Positions 1-22,070 of a stretch of DNA of 64,000 bases are shown here, one piece after another. The notes below the pieces were generated by a model. That model had not been told where the DNA came from and made no database searches. It worked only from the letters and a program-made list of their open reading frames with translations. This stretch comes from Chrysomallon squamiferum (lineage: Eukaryota > Animalia > Mollusca), in contig CM022676.1 in the NCBI GenBank assembly GCA_012295275.1, forward strand, positions 15,376,001-15,440,000, in the 5' to 3' direction. Both the position numbers and the translations under genes were made by a program. Every line of letters starts with the position of its first letter. Position 1 is the first letter of the stretch.

Positions 1-3000
1 TTAAAAACTAAGTATTTATAAAAAAATAATAATTAGCCTTATCACTACTTTCTATTCTGATTATTATTATTATTATTATTATTAGTAGTAGTAGTAGTAG
101 TAGTATTATTAGTATTATTATTATATATATATATATATAATTTGTTTGTTTATGTTATGATTACATTCCATAATCTCGGCGACAGAATATATCATCATCT
201 AAACTGATTAATTGATACACAATGATAAATACCGGAGAGTTTATATTACCATCATACAAAGCAAATTAGAACTGGAAATTAAGATTTGTGTTTGGAATTA
301 TCCCACAGACCAGCTTGACCAACATCTAGATTAACAAATATCACATAAATGAGTTTGTATTTTAACGTATATGCAGCACACAAAGTACGAAAATCATAAG
401 AGTGCTTATTAAAATTAAAATAAAATATCAATTTGTGTAATTAAGATAATATTACAGGTTATACATTAATATATATCAAAAAACAAATGATGAAAATCAT
501 AGTCATATTCATTAAAATTAAAATTAAATATCAATTTTTCTAGGTAAGATAATATTAAAGGGTATACATTAGTATAGACTAATTTTATTTAATTTTACAT
601 CTGTGTCTTCTTCTTATGCAAAATAGCTCTGATAAAACATTACAACTTACCTAGAGATAATTTAAAAAAAAAAAAAATGTTTTCGAAATAGTTTTGTATA
701 CTGGATTTCGTTTTGTGATGAAACTATTGTGGCCAGTATATCAAATTAACTCTGTTTGTTTGTTATGCAGTCCAGATAAAAATAGTGTGTCACTGAAACA
801 CGATACTCACAAAGATGTACTCGGTTGTTTTTTTACGAAGATCAAACTGTTGCTGTTGGTTAGAGTAAGACAAACTCTTCTATGTGACTGCGTGTATGTG
901 TGTATGTGTGTTTGTGTGTCTGCATATGTATTTGTGTTTATATGTGTATGCATATGTATATATCTGTTTCTGTGTATCTATGTCAACAGTTATGATTGTA
1001 GCTATGGAGAAAAGAGAAATAGGGTAAATATATTGTATACAAAACGATCTTGTTTTATTTTATATTCGGTGATCCACTATTTGGAAAATTCCATGTTATC
1101 TGGATTCATATATATTTTTGTTTCTGTGTACGTATGTCAAAAATTATGACTATACCTATGAAGAAAATAGAAATAGTCTAAATATATTCTTCACACAACG
1201 ACATTTTTTATTTCATTTTGGGTGATCCACTATTAGGACAGTTCCACGATATTAGGATTCAGAAGGGTTTGATCTCATTTGAACTGCCCTGATTGCTAGC
1301 GAGGTATTACAGGAAATATGCACTGTGTAAGAGCTTGACAATGTCCAAATATATTCGACTTACAGAGAAATGAGACCAGGGAATTATGTGGCTTGATGGC
1401 TAATTCCCATTATAAATATACTTAACATCACTAGGAAAGGGTTCATTATCACACTGTTCAGCTTACGAGTCGTTAATTTTATTTCTTGAAGAAACTGATT
1501 TTTCTTCGATACAGTCTAGGGAACGAACAAAGATGAAGAAGAATTTAGGGTAAAATGTTGAAAGACAAAAACAGATTTTTACCACAAAGATGACGAACAG
1601 GAATCCCGAATTCAAACAGTTCCTGCAATAGTTTTATTTCTAGAAGTGAAACTTTAAGTTTTACCACTGATGGAACATCTACTTGAAAAATATCACGCTG
1701 TGAAAAAAAAGATACGAAATAAAGTCTCAAAAAAAACCCTAAAAGTTGACAACTATACAGCTGATATGAAGAATTTTAGATTGCTAGATATATTTCGTAT
1801 CCATTCATAATTATTATAATCATTTAGCAATATACATTTTCTTTACAACAGAACAAATATGATTATAAAACAAATAATTCATTAATTGTTTGATGCTTAC
1901 TGCATGCTGATAACAGCTTCAGAATGCGCCTCTGTTGACAAACCACTAATAACATGATTCTCCGATAGTTACAAAATAATTATTTCTGTTTTTACTATAT
2001 TCAAGACAGTAAAGATAGTTATTTGCTGAAGAATTTATGAAAATTAACCAAATCAGCATAACAGTTCAGAACAGAATATCTGTAAACACACGAACATGTG
2101 AATCGTTGTTCACAGAATCAGACACACACACAAAGACACATGCACATCCGTGCGATCAAATTTAGACACTTTCACACAAGTATCAAAGTATCTGAAGTAT
2201 TCATAATGATAAAAAATGTTGAATAAATAAATAGATAGATAGATAGACAAATAGACAGTCAGAGAGATAGATACAGAGATAGATAGGCAAACAGACAGGC
2301 AGACAGATATATCGATAGATAGATCAAGATTAATAGACAGACAAGTAGACAGACTACCACAAAGAAAGGTTCTCTTCGCTATACTTGACAATAGTACTTT
2401 TTTTTTTTATTATTATTATTCTTTTTTTTTTTATCTCCTCTGTGTCATACGTTACAGTTCAGCTCCTATGACAAAGTTCTTTCAAGCAGGTGTACGGTTA
2501 CCAAAGAAACTGCGTCAGTCAACGAGCAATGTATATAAGGCTAAGAACGAGGATCTGAATTATAGTAGTTGCGTTTGATGGAGACAAACTGTTGTAGTCA
2601 GGTTTATATTAAGAAATGTCGTTCTTTCCAAATTTATGGATTGTTTTACTTTTTATTCCTACTGTCATTTCAGGTATGTCATATTATTTATATATATATA
2701 TTGTTATTAAGAATGAAACACATACATTTAATAGTGTAACGACTGTTTAATTTGTTTTAATAATACACATCATAGTAAAACGCCAATAATAGCTGCTTCT
2801 TTAAAACTGTGAATCAGTAAGGCATGGAATTATGAAGATCGTGAATTGAGTAATGGATAATTCTGCATGAACAAACGATTCACAGCAGAAAGTTTGTTTG
2901 TTAGATGATATTGATAGCACAGGCACAATACTATTCGCTCTCGAACTTTGACACGAATGTGCATAATTGCCACTATTTTCAGATTGATGTTTTGGAATTG

Positions 3001-3785
3001 AGTAGGTAAATTTGGATGAAAATGGTTTATTGGAAAGATAATTTGGTAAGGATTCCAAATGAGCTACTAGCAGGTAGCAACTACATTTTGGAACATTTTC
3101 ACATTTTGTTTGACCTTGAAATGACCTAAAGTTAAAACTAAAGTTGAAGGTGATATCTACAAGACAAGATGTAATAGTTGTAGCTTATTAGTAAAATACA
3201 CTTAAAATGGACATGCTGAACACAAAATGTCCATTTTCACACTTTTAGAGATTAAGTGATACAGAAATGGACAATGCTGCAGTACGGTTAAAAAACTAAG
3301 AGTACGAACTTTCAGGTTTTAATTTGGGAGTTTTTCGGGTGCTGAATTTTTCGTTGTTTATTCATGAAAGTATTACATAAATCGACTAGGTGTATTTTTC
3401 TTACTGGTTTCTTTCTGTACATATTAAATTACACCGCCACACAATGAAAGAAATTTTTAAAATTACAACCTACAACACAGCATCAAACAAATAAGCAGTA
3501 TCAATATCTTTATTTACCCGTAACAAGTAGTACGGCTTCTTAATACTTTTTATCTAACTTTGACCCCTGCTATGAACCGAAGAACCGTGACTTGTAACAG
3601 TCACGTTTTCAGTAGCAGACGATGTTTTTGTTAACGAGATTATTAGAATGAAAAAAAAAAAGTTTATTTGGAAAGAGTTTTAAGAGAACATAATTATACG
3701 ACACTACTATTACTGTTGTTGTTATTCTTATCATTATGAATATTATAGGTATTATTATTATGAGTAATATTATTCTTATTATTAC

Positions 3786-3840
<55 letters not shown>

Positions 3841-4680
3841 TGACGTTCACGGTAAACACGATTTCTTATTTAATTTTCTGAAATATGTTTTTACCTCCGT
3901 CTCTGCTCACAATTTCAATTTCGTATGAATGTGCTTCACACAATTTTCATAGCGCATGTTTCACTGTTGTGTCGATAAACGTTGTTCAGTCCTGTGTAAT
4001 AGTAACTGAGAAAGAGGAAGAAGATGAAGAAGTTAACTTTCAAAGATCTAAATGTATCTGATTATCTGTATTGTTGTTGTTGTTGTTGTTTTATTATTAG
4101 TGGTAGTAGTAGTAGTAGAAGTTGTTGTATTGTTGCTGCTGCTCTCTTTATCAGTAGTATTGTTATTGAGCAGATACTATTATTTATTGTCTCACGAATG
4201 TTGGTAAACGTAAATGATTTCTTTGTTATACTATTTGTCCACACTTTTGAGCAGACTCTGTATTAACAATGAATCTGCCAGATCGTCGTAAATAACACCC
4301 AAGTACACATTTGTTCTCCTGTGACACACTGTTTTTTAATCCAACCTACATAACAAAACAAACACAGACTGGCTATACTGCGACTGCGAATACGACTTGA
4401 GCACCATTAATTTGTACATGGATATATGTGGCAAAACGAAAGGAACACTTTGAAGCTAGCGTTGCGTATGTTATAACGTTCTAACAAAACAATAACAAAA
4501 CGACTAAGCTGCAAACTAATTAACATTAATCTACAACAGTCATATGCAAAAGTCAGATCGAAGCACGTTCAGCCATGGGTCAGGTTAGTCCATCTAACAA
4601 ATACCCGTGTAGAAATTATTTACTTTCCTGTTTTGAGTTCTTATTGTTTTTGATTAACCAGATCCACCGTTGACGTGAAT
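1..4680. repeat. Segmental duplication unit Y, copy 1 (paralogous to about 13560-19310, 50330-53065 and part of 33690-35330)
   Basis: Long collinear matches by eye: 1-60 matches 13561-13620; ttacattccataatct at ~161 and ~14516; gagaaagaggaagaa-atgaagaagttaactttcaaa at ~4008, 18559, 33919 and 52361. Confidence 0.85.
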
Positions 4681-4689
4681 AGACTTTGT

Positions 4690-5700
4690 GTTTTTTATGT
4701 CTATGTCCTTCTATAGTTATTAGTCACATAAATATTTTATTCATTTCACTAGCACATATAAACAGAATGTTTTCTCCGTTTAAAGAGAATCATTATCTTA
4801 GTTTTGTGATTAATATTAAGAGTATGCTGTAAATGATCGGAACATTTTGCTAACTGTACTGTAATGTCAGCATATAGTAGAATAAAAACTTTAAATATAC
4901 ATTATATTTTTCATTGTTGCAATTTATTCTAGTACATTTGTCTTACTGTCTATAACAAACTCCTCTAAATCATGCAGAAAACAAAAATACCTATAGATTT
5001 TCTCCTTGCGTGACACCGATTTCAGAATCAGATAAGAAACCGTTCGCTGTATTTCTTGCATTAGTATCTTAAAGGATATTTACTAAAACATTAAAACATT
5101 TTCTATTTATACCAAATCTAATTAACTTATTCCGTAATCCAGTTCTGGAGTCTCTATCAAAATATATCAGAAGCCTTCTTAAAATCTATAAAAGCAAAAT
5201 GTACTTTTTTATTTTTATTATTTTCTTTCATTTTACTATTTACTGGTTTAGAAATTATTATTTTTAACTTATTTACATTTGTTTATTAAAATAATTAGAG
5301 ACTATAAAGACAATAAGTGGTGCGTTATGGAATAACGTTTACGTAATACAGCTTGACTTTGAAAAAGCAGGTTTGTTGTATCTGCACACTTATTTAATTC
5401 AGAATTCAGTACAGATTCAAATAATTTACCGAAAGAGATTGATAATGCAGCTGGTGTACAGAGTTTTAGGTAACTTCTGGCACTTTTGTTCTTATATACT
5501 GGTTTAACGAGTCCCATCAACCAACTACATGTTACAGTTGATGTTTGAAGAATAACGTTAAACAATAGAACATATAAAGGTAACATAATATTCATTTTAC
5601 GTTTAATAGATATTACACGTTCCCTAATTGATCGATTTAGCTTTTGAGTGAATTGATTCTCTTTGTACTTCAAGGTACCTTCCTGTATACCTCCACCATA
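4690..5700 (-). mobile_element. Degenerate non-LTR retrotransposon (LINE) reverse transcriptase fragment
   Basis: Minus-strand motifs in RT order: LFNVIL..W..GLVKPVYK..GKLFESVLN..QA.LRK (ORF 5302-5673), FAFIDFKKASD (~5166-5198), IGVTQGENL* (~4991-5020), VFILLYADI (~4863-4889, YADD site). Stops and frameshifts are present. Confidence 0.85.
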
Positions 5701-6189
5701 TTGTTTATATCTTTGTTTCTCTTCCCTGACATCTTTTTAGCAGTTTAGTAAGCTTTGTTAAACCAGACCTGATTATACTGATGATTAATGTAATATAGGT
5801 TTGTTTGTTTCCAAACCGATCTTTAGCTGCAGTTATGAATATTACATTTATATTTGAGACTCTATTATTAAAAATTCAGAATTAACGTCCGCAGACATGC
5901 AATTTAGTAACTTTTGTGATATTTCATTAAATAAATGCTTCTGCTTTTTAAAGTTATCATCAAATTATTGCTTTGATTCATTACCCTATTTCCCTGGGAC
6001 TTCCTTACAGTTTAGTGGTATGAATTACAGTGTTTTCTGGATTTACGAGTGTATGTAGTTTGGCCTATTGACATTTAATAACTCATATATCTTCATCTAC
6101 TCTTCTAGTCACAATAAACATGTTATTGTATGTATGGAAATCAAGGAGAATATGACCACAGTTATTTTTAAGTTTATCCTTTGTTCTAA

Positions 6190-13400
<7,211 letters not shown>

Positions 13401-13792
13401 AAAAAAGAAAAAAAGAAGGACCGGCACCACATATTGAAAAGGCAGATAAGTTTTGTTTTAATTTAATAATTACTGTAATAATTCCCTTAGACATTAGTCA
13501 CATTCAGACGTGCAAATAAATAAATACATACATACACACGCTTTAGTATCCATATAAAGTTAAAAAGAAATTATTTATACAAAAACTAATAATTAGCCTT
13601 ATCACTACTTTCTATTCTGATTACTGATTCGATAAGTAAAATACTGAAAAATGTCACATTTTTCAAGAAGAGAACTTAGACGTAAATAGTTATCCAGCTC
13701 TGCAAGAAATTAAATATATTTGAAAAAACAAAAATGCACCAGTCTGAATTATTGTTTCTGTATCTAAGTGTTTGTGAATATATATATATATA

Positions 13793-14494
13793 CAGTATTC
13801 CCTCGCTATTCGCGGGGGTTACGTTCTTTACCCCTCCCGCGAATAGCGAAAAACCGCGAATATTGGATGCAGTTTTAAAACGTCTAATATGAGATTATAT
13901 ACGGTACTAAATGCTTCCCAAACACTTTCTAAAGACACTCTTACTCATTAATACAGTAATAATGTAGTAATATTGCATGCAGTTATGTATTTCACTAATG
14001 TAGTAATGATAATGTAAACGCATTTTAATTTTGTACTGAAACAATATTTTAATCAGAAAGAAACGTAAGTACAGGACAGTAACATCGCATAGCATAGTTA
14101 CCCATACAGTATTACTGTACCGTAAAGTCATTTTCTATGCGTACAACATATGTATTAGAATTGACAGAAAGTGGAACAAATTTAAAGGCAAACAGACAGA
14201 TAAATACAGTACGCACAGTTCAGGTAATAATATGCAATTAAAAACATTATTAATACACGGTCACAAAAAATATGCACTGTACATACAGTGTATGCATTTA
14301 TAAAAAAATACGTACTGTATTGCAATAATAATTGAAAAAATTTGATATTGTTTGTGCGGTTTACCGAGCATTTGTTTTTATGACGTTATGACGCTAGCCT
14401 GGTATACCAGCATACGATGCGATAGGGTTAAGAGCCTAACCCGCGAATATGCGGGGCCGCGAATGGGGAACCGCGAACAGGTGAGGGTATACTG
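13793..14494. mobile_element. Non-autonomous Tc1/mariner (pogo/Tigger-like) MITE, about 700 bp
   Basis: Left end TA|CAGTATTCCCTCGCTATTCGCGG. The right end reverse-complements to TA|CAGTATACCCTCACCTGTTCGCGG. TA target duplication, subterminal CCGCGAA repeats, and absent from the paralogous site near 120-140. Confidence 0.9.
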
Positions 14495-15292
14495 TATTAT
14501 TTGTTTATGTTCAGATTACATTCCATAATCTTGGCGACAGAATATATTATCATCTAAACTGATTAATTTATACACAATGATAAACATCAGCGCGTTTATA
14601 TTTCCATCATACAAAGTAAATTAGAACTGGAAATTGAGATTTGTGTTTGGAATTATCCCAGAGATAAGCTTGACCAACATCTGTATTAACAAATATCAGA
14701 GAAATTAGTTTGTATTTTAACGTATATGCATCAAACAAACAAACTACGAAAATCATATGAGTGCTATGAAAATAAAAATAAAATATCAATTTGTGTAATT
14801 AAGATAATATTACAGGTTATACATTAATGTACATCAAAAAACAAATTATGAAAAGCAAAGGCATCTTCATTAAAATTAAAATTAAATATCAATTTTTCTA
14901 GGTAAGATAATATTAAAGTGTATAAATTATTATAGACTAATTTTATTTAATTTTACATGTTTGTCTTCTTGTTATGCAAGCTATCTCCGACAAAACATTA
15001 CAGCTTACCTAGACATAATTTTATTTCGAAGTAGTTTTGTTTACTGGATTTCGTTTTGTGATGAAACTAGTGTGGCCAGTATATCGAATTAACTCTGTTT
15101 CTTTGTTATGCAGGTCAGATACAAATAGTTTGTCACTGATACACGACACTCACAAATATGTACTTGTTTTATTTTTTACGAAGATCAACCTGTTACTGTA
15201 GGTTAGAGTAAGACAGTCTGCTCCATGTCACTGCGTGTATGTGTGTGTATGTGTGTTTCTGTGTGTGTGTGTGCATCTTTGTTTCCGTGTAT

Positions 15293-15370
15293 CTATGTCA
15301 AAAGTTATGACTGTACCTATGTCAGAAGTTATGACTGTACCTATGTCAGAAGTTATGACTGTACCTATGC
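15293..15370. repeat. 24-bp minisatellite, about 3.2 copies
   Basis: CTATGTCA(A/G)AAGTTATGACTGTAC three times in tandem. Confidence 0.9.
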
Positions 15371-18320
15371 AGAAAAGAGAAATAGTCTAAATATATTCTG
15401 CACACAACAAACTTGTTTTATTTCATTTTCGGTGATACAATATTAGAACAATTCAACGGTATCAGGATTCAGAAGGGTTTGATCTCATTACAACTGCCCT
15501 GATTGCTAGAGGTGTATTCCAGAAACTAGGCGCTGTGTAGGAGACTGACATTATCCAAATATATTTGACATACAGAGAAAAGAGACCAGGGATTTATATG
15601 GCTTGACGGGTAATGAGAAATATGTGCATCAAGGATGTTACAGAAGAAGGACATGCGAAAAACGAACTAACCGTATTTCAAAATTGTCTGACATTTTTAG
15701 ATTTACAAATAAACGTTTACCATTTGGTTAAAGTTGATACCTATATATATTTAATACAAGTTATAATTTAGACTGGAAACAAAGTATAAGTAAAACACTG
15801 TTACATAATTTTGTTTGACTCATGTTACACTTATTCCGCTGACATAAAATAAATAGAATATGGTGAACTGCTGTGATGATAAATGCATTTCAAAACAAAA
15901 CCATGATCATGATGCGGATCTGATGTGTTAACAAAACATTTACAAACATTCAGAATGATTCGGAAGTGGCCAAGTATTTGGTAGTAAATAATAATTATTT
16001 TCGTAGCTTGGTAATTGCCATCATGACTAGACTTAACTTCACTAGGAAACAGTTCATTATCACACTGTTCAGCTCACGAATCGTTAATTTTATTTCTTGA
16101 GGGAACTGATTTGTATTCGATATAGTCTAGGAAACGAACAAAGAGGATATACGGATTAATTATTTGTAAAATACTGAATGCTTAAGAGAGAAGTGAAGAC
16201 ATTTTTCACCTACAGGTTTCCACCACGAAATCATGAAAAGGATTCCCGAAGGCACAAAACCCTTTGAATATTTTTATTAGTAGAAATCAAACTAAAATAT
16301 GAACTTTACAAGGGATAGAACATCACAGACCACTGTACCTGAAAAATATCACATTCTCAGAAAACATGAAATTGTGTCATAAAAACATTTGAAACTTTGT
16401 CAACTATATAGTAGAAATGAAGAATTTCTAGATATAGTTCGTATCTGTTCATAATTATAATTGTTTAATGGTTACGGTATGCCGATAACAGCTTCGGAAT
16501 ATGCCTATGTTGATAAGTGACTAATACCATGATTCTTGGAAAGCTACAATCTAATTATTTCTATGTTTACTATATTCAAGACAATAACGATATTTATTCG
16601 CTGAAGAATTTATGAAAATTAACTGAGTCAGCATAGCAGTTCAGAACAGAATATCTGTAAACACAGAACATGTGAGTCGTTCAGAGAATCAGGCACACAC
16701 ACAAACACAGATACACACCCGTGTAATCACATTTAGACACTTTCACACAAGTATCAAAGTACCTGAAGTATATATAATGACAAACTATTTTGAATAAATA
16801 AATAAATACATAGATAGACAAATAGACAGTCAGAGAGATAGATACATAGATAGATAGACAGACAGACAGATAGATAGATCGATAGATAGATCAAGATTAA
16901 TATAGAGACCGGTAGACACAAAGAAATGTTCTCTTCGCTATTCTTGACAATAAAAGCTTTTTATTTTTTATTTTTTATTTTTTTATCTCATCTGTGTCAT
17001 ACGTTCCAGTTTTTGAAGCTGATGTACGGTTACCAAAGAAACTGCGTCAGTCAACGTGCAATGTATATAAGGCTAGGACCGAGGATCTGAATTAAAGTAG
17101 TTGTGTCTGATGTAGTCAGTTTTATATTAGAAATGTGTTTCTTTTTAAATATATGGATTGTTTTACTTGTTATACCTACAGTCATTTCAGGTATGTCATA
17201 TTATTTTAATGTATATTGTTATTAAGAATGAAATACATACTAATAATACTAATAATACTAATAATACTAATAATAATAATAATACGCACACAGAGTAAGT
17301 TCTAGACACAATTTAATTGTGTTCCGACTATTATCTTTCTTTTAATAAAATAAATCATAGCAAAATGGCAAGAATAGCTGCTACTTTCAATGTAATATAT
17401 TTAAAATTGTGAATCAGTAAGGCATGGAATTATGAAGATCGTAAATTGAATAATGGCTAAGTCTACATGGACAAAAAATTCACAGCAGAAAGTTTGTATG
17501 TTAGATGATATTGATAGCACAGGCTCAATATTATTCGCTCTCGAATGTTCAAATGTCGACACGAATGTGCGTAATTGCCACTATTTTCATTAATAGATTC
17601 ATATTTTGGTAATGAGTAGGTACACTCTGATGAAAATGTTTTTTGGGAAAGATAATTTGGTAAGGATTCCAAATGAGCCAGCAACAGGTAGCAACTACAT
17701 TTTGGAACATTTTCACCTTTTGTTTGACCTTGAAATGACCTTAAGTTGAAATTAAAGATGTAATATTTGGAGTTTATTAGTAAGATACAGTCAAAATGGA
17801 CATGCTGAACACGAAATGTCCATTTTTACATTTTTAGAGATTGAATGATACAGAAATGGACAACGCTGATATACTGTTAAAAACTAAGAGTATGAAGTTT
17901 TGGGTTTTAATTTAGGGGGTTTTCGGATGGTGAATTATTTGTTGTTTATTCTTCAGAATAATGCATTAATCGTCTAGATGTGTCTTTCTTACTGGTTTCT
18001 TTCTGTACATATGAAATTACACCGCCACACAGTGAAAGAAATTAAAAAAATTACAAACTACAACATAGCTTCCAACAAATAAGCAGTGTAAGTATGTTTA
18101 TTTACCCGTCACAAGTAGCACGGCTTCTTAATACTTTTTATCTGAATTTGACCCCTCTAAAGTGTCACTTGTGAACCGGAGAACTGTGACTTGTAAGATA
18201 AATGACTTCAGTCTCGTTTTCACAAGCAGACGATTTTTTTGGTTAACGAGATTATTACAATGAAAAAAAAAGTTGTCATTTGGAAATAAAACATTTTTAA
18301 GAGATTATAATTATATGACG

Positions 18321-18352
<32 letters not shown>

Positions 18353-20489
18353 GTTGTTGTGTTTATTATTATTTGAGGTTCACGGTAAACAAAGGGAAAC
18401 CTTAGAGCAACGATTCGTTATTTGTTTTTCTGAAATACTTTTCACCTCCGTCTCTGCTCACAATTTTAATTTCGTATGAATGTGCTTCACACAGTTTTCA
18501 TAGCGCATGTTTCACTGGTTTGTTGATAAACGTTGTTCAGTCCTGTGTAATAGTAACTGAGAAAGAGGAAGAAAATGAAGAAGTTAACTTTCAAAGATTT
18601 AAATGTATCTGATTATCTGTATTGTTGTTGTTGTTTCCTCCTTCTCCTCCTCCTCCTGCTTCTTCTTCTTCCTAGTATTATTATTATAATTAGTAGTAGT
18701 AGTAGTAGTAGCAGTAGTAGTAGTAGTAGTTGTAGTAGTATTAGCAGTAGTAGTAGTAGTTGCAGTTGTTGTATTGTTGTTGCTGCTGCTGTCTTTATCA
18801 TTGTTATTGTTACTGAGCAGTTACTATTATTTATCTTCTCACGAATGTTAATACACGTAAATTATTTCTTTCTTTTACTATCTTTTCCACACTTTTGTGC
18901 AGACTCTGTGTTACCAGTGAATCTGCCAGATCGTCGTAAATAACACCCGAGTATAGGTTTGTCCTCGTGTGACACACTATTTTTTAGTCTGACCTACATA
19001 AGAAACAAACACACACTGGCTATAGTGCTACTCCGAATATCACTTGAGCACCATTAAATTGTACATGAAAATATCTGAAATACGAAAGGAACATTTTGAA
19101 GCTAGCATTACGTATGTTATAAAGTTCTGACAAAACAAGAACAAAACGACTAAGCTGCAAACTAATTAACATTAATCTACAACAGTCATTAGCAAAAGTG
19201 AGATAGGAGCACGTTGAGCCATGGGTCAGGTTAGTCCACCTAACAAATCCTCGAGTAGAAATTATTTACTTTCCTTATTTTGAGTTCTTACTGTTTTTGA
19301 TTGACGAGATCTATCACTGATTCAGTTAGCTGTCTGATTACAAAATTAAACTTAGCCAAGATATTATGTATATAAATGTAGGAATTGGGATCTAAATCAA
19401 AGTGATTGCGTTTGATAGAGACAAATTAATCTGTTTAGATTTAAAATAAGAAATATCTTTCTTTGCATATATTTAGATTTATTAACTTTTTTTTCAGAGC
19501 TGTCATTTTATTTTTTAAGTTTGTAGTTATTATGAGTGACATACTGAATACTGAATGATACTACTACTAATACAACTGCTGCTAATAATAATAATAATGA
19601 TAATAATAATAATAACAATAAAAAAATAAAATCAGATACATATAGTAAATTCTGGAATACAGATAATATTCATGCGAATATAATATTTCTTTAGAAGAGC
19701 AAATCGTAGCACAATTCCAAGAATATCATTGTTTGAATTTCTTTGTATTGTTGTTTTCTTTCAATCACGGAATCAACGAGACACAAACATTATGTTCTAA
19801 AATGAATATTGTGAATTGAATAATAGTTAAAATTGCGTCAAAAAAGAAATCACTGATAAAATTTGGTATATATTTCGTGAAATTTTAAAATATTTACTTA
19901 ATATTATTAGACCTCGAGTTTTGACACTTTTCACTCAAATGAGCGTGGCAGCAACTTTTCAGACCGTGATATCTAGTTTATCAGTGAGAAAATTTGGATG
20001 AAACATTTTCGTTGGAAAGCTAATTTGCTAGAGATCCCAAATGCGCTATTATTTCCTTACCATATGCAACTAAATTTTAGAACCTTTTAAATTTTTGCTT
20101 GATCTTGAATTTGACTTTGTTACCCACGACACCTTGAAATGACCTCAAGATATAAAATGTCCAGAATCTATAATATTTGGAGTTTAATAGTAAAATACAC
20201 TTAAAATGGAGATGCTGACCTGAAAATTTTCATTTTGACAGTTTTAGTGATTTAATACATACAAATGCATGAGGTTACACTCTTCTTGAATAGAGTTATA
20301 TAATTTTAGTGCCTTATTGTAATGGTACTCTGATATGGTGAAGTTATATTATTATTTTTATTTTTCTTGGGTAATTTGACCTGTAATGAAATTCACTCAG
20401 ATTGTAATGCAATTTCAAGTCTGAAGTCACTTATCTTACAAATCACGGTCCTTCGTTCTCACTTGATAGAGGTAAACGTGAGATCAAAT

Positions 20490-20532
<43 letters not shown>

Positions 20533-20825
20533 GCCACGAACAATCAATAAATATAACAAGTATTTGTACATCTTGGTAACAAGTAGCACTGTTTTTTCTT
20601 GTTTTTTTTTTTTTTTTTTATCCCACGTTCACCTCTATGAATTGACAGCGAAGGACCGTGACTTCAGTCAGGTTTTCGGAAGTAGACAATTTCTGTCAAG
20701 AGAAAGTAGTCCAGCGGAACTAGCATGAAACTCGTTTTGGTGTCTTCAGTTTTTTTCAATGTTTGTAATTGATGTTTAGGACATAGATGTATTGAGAAAC
20801 GATGGATTGTGTGGCCTTCTTTTAT

Positions 20826-21125
20826 GGGTGTATCCTCACTGGGGCCGTTTTTTTTCCAGAAACCATTGATTTCATTTGCAAAATACTAACTGCACGCGTT
20901 CGTCACGACACTTTGAGTTAGTTTAGCGCGCGACACAATATCAACACGAGCCTCTAAAATATATGAACAAATCACAAACAAGATTATTTCCCCAGTATTA
21001 AAAATGGAATATGAACAATTCATCCGTCTCGTTCAGATGTTACCAGCATTTTATGATTGTTCTATGTCAACAACAGAAAAAGAAATGAATGGCTGCAAGA
21101 CTATCGGAGAAACTAGATTTGCCTA
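20826..21125 (+). mobile_element. Possible PIF/Harbinger relic with the start of a MADF (Myb/SANT-like) ORF
   Basis: ATG at 21004 gives MEYEQFIRLVQMLPAFYDCSMS..., resembling the MADF N-terminus (I.LV...P.LYD), followed by a gtaagt donor at 21126. Upstream GGGTGTATCCTCACTG...CCATTGATTTC resembles a Harbinger-type end. Recognised by pattern only. Confidence 0.35.
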
Positions 21126-21499
21126 GTAAGTAATAGGTGTTGTATTAGTAACATGCATGCATAAGCTTCTTGGAAGGTCAAATCCTACCCTGGGTGGGGG
21201 CAAGGTAGCTTTGGGTTAAGATCATAGAATATTTTAATACATACCCTGATTGTTTTATCTAGTCGTCAGTGGTAAATCAAAGTGTCAAAACTGATTATGT
21301 CCCTACGTTTGCGCCCGATTAACGTACAGCCTTAGTGGGCTAAATGCAATATGGCCGGCACATATCTTCTTAACTAGATCCCAAAGAAACATGAGTGAAA
21401 GGTCGTTTCATAAAGAATCTAATGCTGTTGTGACTTATCCCCCTTTCAGAAAAAACAAACAAAGCACAAAAAAAGAAATGAAAAAAAAAAAAAAAGAAT

Positions 21500-21830
21500 G
21501 ACGAATTAAAACAAATTAAAACGGCAGCCTTAAAAGGATATGACTGTTTTAAATCAAGTTACAGTTCTGTAGGTTTTTTAATATAATATATTTCTTATCA
21601 TGTTAACTATTGACTAATAGGTACAGATAAATAAGGAGTAATACATTATTGATTATTGCATTTATTCTGGTTCAAATACACTAAACACGTTTGGGATCAT
21701 TCAGAATTGGATTGTTCAGCTGATAGTCACTGTGATAAATCACTAATCACTTGTGTTACAGAAAATCGTGCAAACATACTGACACTTCTTCCACAACAAC
21801 TGACTGCACGACACGAGGTCAGCATGCAGA
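21500..21830. repeat. About 330 bp dispersed duplicate (second copy at about 25010-25350)
   Basis: Shared ggatatgactgttttaaatcaa...ttcagaattggattgttca...ctgacacttcttccacaacaactga. Confidence 0.85.
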
Positions 21831-21874
21831 TAATAATATTAAAACAGTACGACATTTAAAAAGAGTATTTATGG

Positions 21875-22070
21875 AGAAAACGAAATGAAAAAAAAATACA
21901 TCGTGAAGATGCCGTAACTGCTGTGGAACTTTGATTCCGCTGTTTTTAATACCGTCCTTGCGAGCATAATCTGTACGGGGTAAAAGGAAACAATCCGGAA
22001 AGACCATTTAACAAGACAAGCGGGTGATTGTAGCAACCGTGGCCATTTTGCATCTACATGAAGCTAACTG
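21875..22070 (-). mobile_element. Possible decayed THAP zinc-finger domain (P-element-like relic)
   Basis: Minus-strand translation HGCYNH...NGLSGLFPF...VTASSRC...HF follows THAP spacing (C..GC.N...F.FP...C..HF), with a stop. Confidence 0.3.

Larger units (their letters stand above)
13560..19310. repeat. Segmental duplication unit Y, copy 2 (longest copy, interrupted by a MITE)
   Basis: Collinear with 1-4680 and 50330-53065. It retains a segment (~15610-16010) that is deleted in copy 1. Confidence 0.85.

Noticed and set aside
975-1260. About 150 bp local tandem duplication
   Set aside because: Real but non-coding and internal to unit Y; adds nothing beyond the duplication already reported.
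3108-3130. TGACCTTGAAATGACCT nuclear-receptor-like sites (also ~17725, ~20130, ~44860)
   Set aside because: They are embedded in a dispersed repeat present in each duplicate, with no independent evidence of regulatory use.
15293-15370. Short direct repeats as a CRISPR-like array
   Set aside because: Head-to-tail units without spacers in a eukaryotic context: an ordinary minisatellite.
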